Shown one piece after another: positions 46,880-57,600 of a stretch of 64,000 bases of DNA. The notes below the pieces were generated by a model, which saw only the letters and a list, made by a program, of their open reading frames with translations, ran no database searches and was not told the origin of the DNA. The translations under genes and the position numbers were made by a program. The DNA is taken from the NCBI GenBank assembly GCA_027923505.1, contig BROI01000029.1:124001-188000 (forward strand), read 5' to 3'. Every line of letters begins with the position of its first letter. The stretch's first letter is position 1. Source of the DNA: Mayamaea pseudoterrestris. Its lineage: Eukaryota.

Positions 46880-48025
46880 ACAAGGGGACCTTACGGTCCG
46901 TGGCACTGACCCCCCCTTTCTCTGGGGGCCGGGAAGGCGCGATACTTGCAAATACTTTGAGCTGCACTGGAAGTGGTCCAAAGCTAGGTGACGCACTGGG
47001 TTTGGCGCTTGGGTCACTTGATGGCGCACTTGATACCAAGCTGCTACCGGAACGTTGAGTGCTGGAATGGGAGTCGCAGAAGGGGACAAGCATGGTGCTG
47101 CACTTGGAAGGAGGCTGAGTCCTGCACTAGGTGATACACTGGGCTTGGCACTTGGGCCACTACTTGATGGCAAGCTGCTTCAAGTAGGTTGAGTGCTGGA
47201 AGACAAACTGGGAGCCACAGAAGGGGACAAAGCATGGTGTTGCACTGGGCAGGAGACTGGGTCATGCGTTAGGTGACGCACTGGGCTGGGCACTTGGGTC
47301 ACTACGTGATGGTGCACTTGATGGCAAGCTGCTACAAGTAGATTGATTGCTCGAAGGCAAACTGGGAGCCAAAAGGGGACAAAACTTGGTGCTGCACTGG
47401 AAAGGAGACTGGGTCATGCGCTAGGTAACGCACTGGGTTTGGCACTTGGGTCACAAGGGGACCTTACGGTCCGTGGCACTGACCCCCCCTTTCTCTGGGG
47501 GCCGGGAAGGCGCGATACTTGCAAATACTTTGAGCTGCACTGGAAGTGGTCCAAAGCTAGGTGACGCACTGGGTTTGGCGCTTGGGTCACTTGATGGCGC
47601 ACTTGATACCAAGCTGCTACCGGAACGTTGAGTGCTGGAATGGGAGTCGCAGAAGGGGACAAGCATGGTGCTGCACTTGGAAGGAGGCTGAGTCCTGCAC
47701 TAGGTGATACACTGGGCTTGGCACTTGGGCCACTACTTGATGGCAAGCTGCTTCAAGTAGGTTGAGTGCTGGAAGACAAACTGGGAGCCACAGAAGGGGA
47801 CAAAGCATGGTGTTGCACTGGGCAGGAGACTGGGTCATGCGTTAGGTGACGCACTGGGCTGGGCACTTGGGTCACTACGTGATGGTGCACTTGATGGCAA
47901 GCTGCTACAAGTAGATTGATTGCTCGAAGGCAAACTGGGAGCCAAAAGGGGACAAAACTTGGTGCTGCACTGGAAAGGAGACTGGGTCATGCGCTAGGTA
48001 ACGCACTGGGTTTGGCACTTGGGTC
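46880..48025. repeat. 573-bp tandem duplication (46880-47452 / 47453-48025)
   Basis: Identical ORF translations offset by 573 (46796-47173 vs 47414-47746 N-termini; 47044-47265 vs 47617-47838). Confidence 0.9.
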
Positions 48026-49261
48026 CCTTGATTGCGATGGCAAGCTGCTGAACTGAGTGCTAGAAGACAAGCTGAGCCACAGACGGAGACAAGCATGGTG
48101 CTGCACTGAGAAGGAGACTGGGCCGTGCGCTAGGTGACGCACTGGGCTTGGCATTTGGGTGATTTGATGGCGCACTGGATGGCAAGCCACTAGGTTGAGT
48201 GCTGGGAGACAAACTGGGAGCCACAAAGGGGGACAACCTTGATGCTGCATTGGAAAGGTGACTGGGTCATGTACTAGGTAACACACTGGGCTTGGCACTT
48301 GGGTCACTTGATGATCCACTTGATGGCAAGCTGCTAGGTTGAGTGCTGGGAGACAAACTGGGAGCCACAGAGGGGGACAAGCTTGTTGCTGCACTGGGAA
48401 GGAGTCTAGGTCATGCACTAGGTGACACACTGGGCTTGGCACTTGGGTCACTTGTTGGCGCACTTGATGGCAAGTTGCTAGGTTGAGTACTGGGAGATAA
48501 ACTGGGAGCCACAGAGGGTACAAGCTTGTTGCTGCACTGGGAAGGAGTCTACGTAGGTCATGCACTAGATGACACACAGGGCTTGGCACTTGGGTCACTT
48601 GTTGGCGCACTTGATGGCAAGTTGCTAGGTTGAGTACTGGGAGATAAACTGGGAGCCACAGAGGGTACAAGCTTGTTGCTGCACTGGGAAGGAGTCTAGG
48701 TCATGCACTAGGTGACACACTGGGCTTGGCACTTGGGTCACTTGATGATCCACTTGATGGCAAGTTGCTAGGTTGAGTACTGGGAGATAAACCGGGAGCC
48801 ACAGAGGGTACAAGCTTGTTGCTGCACTGGGAAGGAGTCTAGGTCATGCGCTAGTTGACACACTGGGCTTGGCACTTGGGTCACTTGTTGGCGCACTTGA
48901 TGGCAAGTTGCTAGGTTGAGTGCTGGGAGATAAACTGGGGGCTACAGAGGGGGGCAAGCTTGGTGCTGCACTGGGAAGGAGACTGGGCCGTGCGCTAGGT
49001 GACACACTGGGCTTGGCACTTGGGTCACTTGTTGGTGCACTTGATGGCAAGTTGCTAGGTTGAGTGCAGGGAGACAAACTGGGAGCCACAGAGGGGGACA
49101 ACCTTGGTGCTGCATTGGAGAGGTGACTGGGTCATGTTCTAGGTAACACACTGGGCTTGGCACTTGGGTCACTTGATGGCGGTGGCAAGCTGCTGAACTG
49201 ACTGTGAGTGCTGGGAGACAAACTGGGAGCTACAGAGGGTGACAGGCTTGGTGCTGCACTG
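46981..49261 (-). pseudogene. Decayed Pro/Ser-rich (PSxx)n mucin-like coding minisatellite, 144-bp unit made of 12-bp subunits
   Basis: CACTTGGG anchors spaced 143-147 bp; translation PSVAPSLSPSTQPSNLPSSAPTSDPSAKPSVS; interrupted by TGA stops and frameshifts. Confidence 0.75.
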
Positions 49262-49637
49262 TGAGCACAACTTGTCTATGCTAGTCTTCATTTAAACAAA
49301 CTGCTTCTACTGTCCTTTCTGATCAGTATTAAGCTATCTAGCTATCTGAATGATGACATCATGGTCAAAATTGAAAGTGTGTCATTGCTTGGGTTGATTG
49401 ACATTGACGAGACAAGTTGGCTTATATTATTCATCCTTATTTAAATTGCTTTCTAGTTGTCTTTGTTTGGTTGCAATCCGGATGTATATTAACAATCGAC
49501 GGCACCAAAGTATTCCCGAGTGATATTTAGCATTCGGAGCGCTTCGTCATGTTGAAGTTCCATTGACGTAGTCATAAAAGTGTCATCGACAGACGGACAC
49601 GAGAAATTCTCTACTCACTGGACCCCATGGGTCAGTG

Positions 49638-52600
49638 ATTTTTCTTAATGACTTTCTTCGTGACCTGACGCTGCCGTACTTGAAGCCACCATCTAAATTT
49701 TACTTAAGCCACAAGTACGTGGTGACAGAAATCTCAGCAAGTGTCAGACAGCCGTCAAAATATATAAGCCCCTGGCGTCAGTTCTCGGAGTGGGACCCAT
49801 TTTCTCCGCCGCAACGAAGCGGATCGGGTTCTTCGTCGTGTGGGCGCTCCAACAAGTTTTGCCGCGCTTCCCTCTTGAACCACAAAACAAGCCAGATTGT
49901 CCGTAAGCTCGCTGTAACTCTCTCGACCTTTACCACCTCTCTACTACTTTCACCATGAATCACTCTAATCTCGATTGGGCGCTCCTTGTCAACGAACACA
50001 AGGCACTGCGTCCCGGTGCATTGGCGCCTGGATCGCTTGATTCCTCCAAGTTTGGCGCTGCGAGCTCGTCTCTTGCGTTTCTCCGAGGCGATTCGATGCG
50101 CATGCCGACGGGCCTTTCGGAGCGCATCGACTTGAATAGTTTACTCCAAGCTGCCAATGGGGGTGCGTCTCGCCAAGCATCCGCTGTATCTAGCATTGCC
50201 GAGTACGCGGCCATCCAGCAGCGACTTTTCCTTGAAGAGCAAGCTCGAAGGGACTTGATTAGCCAGGCATTGATGCAATCGCAGCAGTCTACACAAGGTC
50301 CTTCCATGGGAGAGCTTCTCGCTAAACTTGGCGTCTATCAAGCTCCTTCCAGTTTACTTTCTAATTCAAAGAAAGGATTTGAGGAAAAGACTTCAAGCAC
50401 TCCGCCCCTCAAGAAGCGCCGCATTCACAAGAACCTTGCGCCTTCATCCGATGCCACCCCGGCAGTCAAAGCGCAGACTACTGCTGCAATTGCTGCTCCT
50501 ATCATGCCGCTTAGTCACAAGGAGCGCAAGTCAACTTTTCCCCTTCCAATTAAGCAAGGCAATCAAGGAATTCCGATTCGCGTTTCGTCCCTCGCTAAAT
50601 TCGGAGCAACATGGAAGCATTTGCATTCAAAGTCCACTATTTCGGATCCAGTTTTGAAGCGCAAGTTTGTGTCTGAAATGTTTGGTCGAAAGATTACCAA
50701 TTATGATGGGGAACGCATGTACAAGAAGGTGCATGGGCTCAACGGGAAAAGCAGCAACAACAAGTAGCAAGTCTGAGGCGCTTCTCGCTTGCAAGCCTTT
50801 CTAGCACCAGCATTCGTGGTCCAATTTTGCACTGCTACAATACTATCCCACTTATATAATGACATTGTAACCAAAATGATTTCTCGTAGAACTTTACTGT
50901 ATAGTTTTATGCTTGAGAAGTTGTGAACAACTAGTATTAGTTGCTGTCCGTCGTACCTTCACAATGTTGGTGCAGAGCGTTTGGATAGTGACCGAATAAA
51001 GTATCCCCACCTTTGGAATCAAAGCTTGTCTTTGAATATGAGGAGGCGTTGCAAGGAAGTCATGAGTGTGTTGCATCGGTTTCAGGTGGATATCAAAGCT
51101 ACCGGGTACAGTAGATTATTGTTGTCCGCGTCATGGACAGCAAGGTAGGTAGTGAAGGTCGCTCCGGTAATAATTTACACCCATCGAAAGTGTACTTCGG
51201 ACATTAAGGTTGGGGCTCCACGGAGTACCTCGACTCGTCTCGCGAGAGCAACGATGAGGAAGGAAGAAAGCTACGGAACTTTCATCGTACCTTGTGTTTC
51301 ATCTGTATCGAGTCGAACCATCTGTACAAGACGTCTTGAATTGCTGAAAGGGCTAGTCGGAGAGCATATACGAATTTGATTTGGAACGACGAGAAGCCAT
51401 CAGACTCACTCGTTCTTCTGCTTGACGAGCACAAGCATTTTGCTCGCAGCTGAAGGGAGATCATCGACTTTAAAATCTTGCCAAACAGTTAGAAGTATCA
51501 AAACATTAGTAAAATATCATGTCTTTCCCTCTACCGCAGCAGCGAAGCAGCAACGGATCCTCCGCTCGGGCGACATCGCCGGCAGCCACAGAACTTGCAC
51601 AGCAGCAGCATCAGAGCATTCACGAGAATGGAAATCATCAGCACCATCATAAACGCTTCATTCCCGACGACGATGACGATCTTGTTGTCGATGATCCTTC
51701 CTCGGAGGAATTTTACGACACTTCAAGCCACAATCCTTTTGTAACTACTTCATTGCGAGGCGACGGCTATGGCGGCGGAGGCTTGTACCGCCGCTTGAAC
51801 GCATCCACGGCTATTGACAACAGTAACATTCCTATTCAGTCACACAATTACGAACCAGACGAATCTGAAGTATGGCGGGCGCATGTTGCGCAGCTGCACT
51901 TTCGCAACCGCGGCCACTGGTGGACGACTTCCAAAAAGCGCGCGCTCAAAAAGTGGGTCTTGACCTTTGCCATTGGCGTCACGCAAGCTTTTGTTGCGTC
52001 GGCATGCAACTACGTTTGTCGGTATTTGTCGAACTACAAGTTTACGACTGTTTTGAACATGATGCAGCAGACGCAGGCGAGTGCAAGTGGAGCAGGTAAT
52101 GGTGATTGGATGATGGATGACTTGTTTCAACGCACGGGGCTTGACGATACCATTGACGCAAACATGGAGGCTGGAGCGGCGGCTGCTCGCAAACCAGCCA
52201 TTTTCATGCCGTATTTAGTCTTTTTGGCCTTTCAAGTCGGCTTTGCAGCTATCGCCAGCTTTTTTGTGTGGATTGAGCCTGTTTCGGCGGGGTCTGGTAT
52301 CCCGGAAATCAAGTACGTATTCATGGTAAAGTGCAGCTGAAAGCATCGGCGAGTGGGAGCACCTTCTCGCAGTCTGGACTGGACACATTATCCAATTGTT
52401 ACTGCGCAGTTGAGAACTTATATTCTGCTCCTTATCTTGTCACTTGGCAGATGCTTTTTGAACGGAATTAATTTGCCGCGGGTCGTTCGCGTGCGGACGC
52501 TCATTTGCAAGGTTATTGGTGTTACATTTAGTGTCGCTGCTGGTCTACCGGTTGGAAAGGAGGGTCCGATGATACTCAGTGGTGCCGTCGTCGCTGCTGG

Positions 52601-53456
52601 AATCAGTCAAGGCAAAACTAGCCTGGGTTGCGTCGATACAAAGTGGACCAAGTTTAGCGACTTTCGTAATGATCGAGAGAAGCGTGACTTTGTAGCTTGC
52701 GGAGCGGCTGCAGGTGTATGCTCAGCGTTTGGTGCGCCGATTGGTGGAGTTTTGTTTAGTTTGGAAGAAGGAGCGTCATACTGGAGTACTAAGTTGACCT
52801 GGAGAGCTTTCTTTTGGTGAGTACGAAAGTCGATGCTTGAGGAACGGATGACGCGCACTAACGTGAGGCTAACATTTTTGTGCATTACATGTCTGCAGTG
52901 CAATGTCGACGCTGGCGACACTTTTTTGGATTAAGAATGCTGACGCGTTTTGGGGTCAAGCAAGCATGGAAAACCTCTTTTCGTTTGGCGAGTTCAATAG
53001 TATCTCCGGAGAAAGTGCAAACTTTTCGATTTGGGAGCTTTCATTCTTCGTGCTTATTGGTTGTCTTGGCGGACTAATTGGTGCAATTTTCAATGCTGCA
53101 AATGAGCACTTGACGCTCTGGCGCATGAAACGAGTCAATTATTCAAAATGGCGTCGATTTGTTGAGGTTCTCATAGTGGCGACGGTCGTTTCTACCGTTT
53201 CTTTCCTTATGCCGCTTCTTTGGGGTAGGTGTACAGAGCTTCCAAAAGATATGCAGGATTGGAACAATCAAGAGAAAAATCTGGTGGAGGCGCTTGTACC
53301 TTTTTACTGTGAGCGTGGGAAGGAATACAATGAGGTCGCGAGCTTAATGTTTGTGGATGCCGACGTTGCCATCAAGCAGCTCTTCCACTTTCGAGAGGCG
53401 GGAGGTGGCGAATCGAGTACTTTTTCATCCGGTGCCCTGTTCATGTTTTTTATCCC
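49638..53456. repeat. Segmental duplication, copy 2
   Basis: Colinear with 38312-42103; continues into the intact CLC 3' end. Confidence 0.95.
49955..50767 (+). CDS. Hypothetical 270-aa protein, copy 2
   Basis: Near-identical to 38629-39441 with a few substitutions. Confidence 0.75.
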   Translation: MNHSNLDWALLVNEHKALRPGALAPGSLDSSKFGAASSSLAFLRGDSMRMPTGLSERIDLNSLLQAANGGASRQASAVSSIAEYAAIQQRLFLEEQARRDLISQALMQSQQSTQGPSMGELLAKLGVYQAPSSLLSNSKKGFEEKTSSTPPLKKRRIHKNLAPSSDATPAVKAQTTAAIAAPIMPLSHKERKSTFPLPIKQGNQGIPIRVSSLAKFGATWKHLHSKSTISDPVLKRKFVSEMFGRKITNYDGERMYKKVHGLNGKSSNNK

Positions 53457-54517
53457 CTACATTGTGATGGCCACTGTGAGTTACGGTATTGCAGTTCCGT
53501 CTGGATTGTTTGTACCGTCGCTTCTATCTGGTGCTGCATTTGGTCGCCTTTTCGGCCATCTTTTACACAAGCTCGATCATACAAACGGAACTTTTGCGGA
53601 CTCTGGGACGTACGCTTTGATAGGAGCGGCTGCTGTATTGGGTGGGATGGCGCGCATGACGATATCGTTGACAGTAATCTTGCTCGAGGCAACTGGGGAT
53701 CAGCAGTATTGTTTACCTCTGATGCGTGAGTATCTACTGCTGTAATAGACATTTTGTCGTGGCTCATGTCCTTACGTTGCCGCCGTTTTCTTTAGTCACC
53801 TTGATGGCTGCACGATTTACCGGCAACGTGTTCAATCAAGGTCTTTACGATATCCACATTGCCTTAAAGCGCATTCCATTTCTCGAGCCCGACGTACCAG
53901 CAATAGCGGAGAGAAACGAAATTGTGGCTGCGCAAGTCATGTCAACCGAGGTGAAATGCCTTCGGCCAGTTGAGCGTGTCGGTGTGGTCTTCGACCTACT
54001 AAAAAGCTGCGGACACGGAAACTTTCCGATTGTCGATACTTCAAGCGGTGGAACTCTATACGGAACAGCTTCGCGCGCTATGCTTTGCACGTTGCTTCAA
54101 CGGCGCGCTTTTGGGGCTCCTGACGTTCTTGAGGACTACGATGCGCCTCAGCAGAACCTCGGCCCAAGACGCCTCTCGCCGCTAGTACAATGGGAGACGA
54201 TCGAGAGAGCCTATCCGCGCTACCCCACCATTTCCGACATCCATTTGTCTGACAGTGATTACAATGGCTGGTTAGATTTGCGACCATATGCGAACACGGC
54301 GCCGTATACAGTCAACGAGACGGCGTCAATTCAAAGAACATATCGACTTTTTCGAACACTTGGTCTTCGGACACTCTGCGTAGTGAATCATTACAACCAA
54401 GTGGTTGGTATAATCACGAGGAAAGATCTTCTACCTGATTCGCTGATGGATTCGCTTTTGAAAGGTCGCAATGCACACGGCAGTGACGATGTCGACGATG
54501 ACATGGTGTTTACCTAA
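51519..54517 (+). CDS. CLC family Cl-/H+ exchanger (CLC-6/7, CLC-d-like) with two CBS domains; 3 introns
   Basis: GSGIPE, GKEGP, FSLEE, GLFVPSL, GLYDIHI, followed by a CBS pair. Confidence 0.93.
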
Positions 54518-54695
54518 TCGTTTTGTATTTGAAGCTCACAAACCGTATAGTAAACTATGCATATACCTATCTATATTTTGGGAGCGATAGGTTCATGAAC
54601 ATGCAATGGTCCACAGTGTATTTGTTTACGTTATTAAAAGTTCTAAGCAACAGAAAACAAACTAGAAACAATACAGCCGCTAAAGCTTCAACGGT

Positions 54696-57600
54696 TTAAG
54701 GATGGACACGACAAGTCCGCTCGATCACCATTTCAATTAGTCCTGCTTTGCGAACATTGCGAAACTCCTTCTTTTCTACACCATTCTTCAGAAGAATTTC
54801 GCGGAGATCCACTACACGAAGCGCTTCGAGTGATTCATGATCGTACATGTAATCGTCTTGCCATTCTTTCCCAACGCCCAAGCCAAATTTTACAGGAAGC
54901 TGAGTGGGAGTTGATCGACAATTGCTGTTATTCTCGCTGAAGCCAGTCTCACAATTTTCTCCGACTTGTCGCGATGTTAAATGCAGCTTAAGTTTACTGA
55001 ATGCCTGGGAGCTTACATCCCCAAGAGCCACACGCTTGTGTTCTTGCGAATTGTGAAGAATCGCTTTCGAATCGTTGACTGCTGGGGGCTTTATGGAATT
55101 TGTTGTGGTGGAAGCTTTGCTATCGTGGCCCAACGAAATGATACCAAGCGGCTTGCGTGGTTTGATCATGGCCTTTGTCAAAGCTTCTTTCTTTGCCGAT
55201 GTCATTGGAAGTCCAACTACTTGAGTTACAGTCGGTTGTAAAGCCAGCTTGCTTGCGGCGCGAATTTTCTGGCCGCGAAATAAAGCTTGGATACGTATAC
55301 TAGCATTGTATCGACGCATCTGTGCTTGGCGACAGGCATGCCCGCGCCAAGCCGCCTGAAAAAGGACTGCCGACTCGAGCTGTGTCTGAACAAACTTGTG
55401 TACCATAAGTTTTCGAATAACGGACTGAAGGAGGATGGTAGACCCCAGCAGCATTTGGTAAGAGCGAGATAACACTGTCCCGCGGTAGAAAGCTTGTATC
55501 TTGACAGCCGAGAATGACTTGACGAGGAAGTCCCTTCGGATCAGGTGCCCCCTTGCAGCTAATTGAATTTTGATAACGCATCGCTTGCGATGCAGATACT
55601 CACGACGAGCGCAAATACCACGATGCAAAGTCTGAAGCTGTACCACGCAAACCTTAAACTTGATGTACAAGCCCCGCTGAAAAAAGCAACGCCAATGCCG
55701 TTGAATAATTGTTGCCGCGACAAGACCGGTCCGCTGAACAGCCACAATTCGTTGAGCAAAGTAGCATCGCGCTAAAGATTGAATAACTATGGTACAGCGC
55801 ACTGTATGCTTAAAAATGCGACGCTTGTGAGTGCCCCGAAGGTGACGTTGGAGTATGGTTGCGGCGCAGTTCATGTAAGATGCTCGGCGGGTCAAAAGCT
55901 TGCGTGTCGCCTTCTGAATTTTTATAGTACTGTGTCGGTGGCTGAGATAATTGGAGCGCGCCATAATCATCCTGAAAATGGCCTGAATCGTTACCGACGC
56001 TTTTGATCTTGAACTATTCATTGCCAATAAATTAATTGCTCGAAGTTTGGATGACAGTAGACGGGCAGCCACTGCTCGCGCGAGGCTCTGAATTGTCGTC
56101 GCAGCGTGTTGTCGAGCCAAACCCAGCGCAAGCAGTTGGGTTTCTTGGAGCATGGCTGACAACCGACGAGATACCATTCCTCGATAGACACGCTGGATAT
56201 TGATTGTTCCACGCAGCCTTTCAAGATCGATCGCCGCCTTTTGTAGCTTGGCGCATTTCGCTCGATCTGACGTTCCACGTGCAAGGCGTTGAACAGTTAT
56301 CGCCGCCTGGCGACGCTGAAGCTCCTGTTCCAAAATGCGTTTAATCTTTTCGCGAGCTAAACTGATCCGGTATTTACGTTGAATAATGCGTGCTGCGTTC
56401 CTGGCTTCTTTCAGAGACGATTGATGCTCGACGTGGTGTTGACGACTAGCCATTCCTCGACAAATTCGTTGAATGTTGGTCGCCGCTTGATATTGAACAC
56501 TTCTCTCCGCTTCAACAAGTGCTGCACGTCGCTTCGCATGCCGTTGATGTTCTAAGCTACCTCGCCAGATACGCTGAATCTCACCTGCGGCATAGTGCCG
56601 GGACAATTCTATCTTCTCCGCCAAGTTTGCCTGGTGTTTGATAAACTGCTGACGAGCTGCCATGCCTCGACAGATGCGCTGGATTTTGACTACTGCGAGA
56701 GAACGTACTTCTTTTTCACTTTCCGCAAAGACAGCTTTTAATGCTGCGAGATTTCGGCGAGTAACGAAAGATCGTATCACACTTTGAATAACGATAACAG
56801 ACCGACATTGAGCAGCCTTCGTTAAGATGTCTCTTTCTTTTTGATTACATAGCTGCCGTCGGATAAAACTCCCTCGGTAAAAGCGCTGGATAGCAATTGA
56901 AGCGTTTTCTCGATGGGTCTCGTTTAATTCTGTACGGAGGATACTATAGGCTCGACGTGCACGGAATTCCATGTAGGCATACTGGATTACAACCGAGGCA
57001 TTGCATTCGATCTTCTTACGACTTTGAATTGCCTCGTATCGTCGTCGTGCGCATTGACCTCGGAATAGTCGCTGAATGAGTAGCATCGCGTTCAATCTGG
57101 CTTCATCCTTTTGTAGTTTTTTGGCTTGCAAGAGAGTACGACGCGAGCGCATGTCCAAAAATGCTCGCTGAATAGTGATTGATGCGCATTCCATTGATAT
57201 ACGAGCTTCGTTAAGCGTCTGCATCCTTTTTGCGTACCAGCGACGCATGAGAAATCCACGGCAGGCGCACTGAAGAATGCTTGCGGCAATAAATCGTGAC
57301 TTAACACGGGCCAGCAGCAACTGATAACGACAGCGACCCAATATGCCTCGCCAAAGCCGCTGAATTTCTATAGCAGCATTTTCTTTCGCAACTGCTTTTG
57401 TATGAAATTGGTCGGCGAGCAACACTGTGAACGCGCGACGAGCCAGAAAACCCCGTACTACACGTTGTATCCAAAGGGAACTCGCGCCCGCATTCTCAAA
57501 GCGAATACGGTTCAACAGCCGCTGTGCCAAAACCTTGCGGAAGTGGGATTGAACGGTAACGATTGCCTTTATCGTTGCGCGTCTTCGTCGCGCAGCAGTT

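Noticed and set aside
46900..46940. Cobalamin riboswitch-like GCACTG...GGGAAGGC
   Set aside because: The remaining conserved core and the B12 box are missing, and the context is eukaryotic nuclear DNA.
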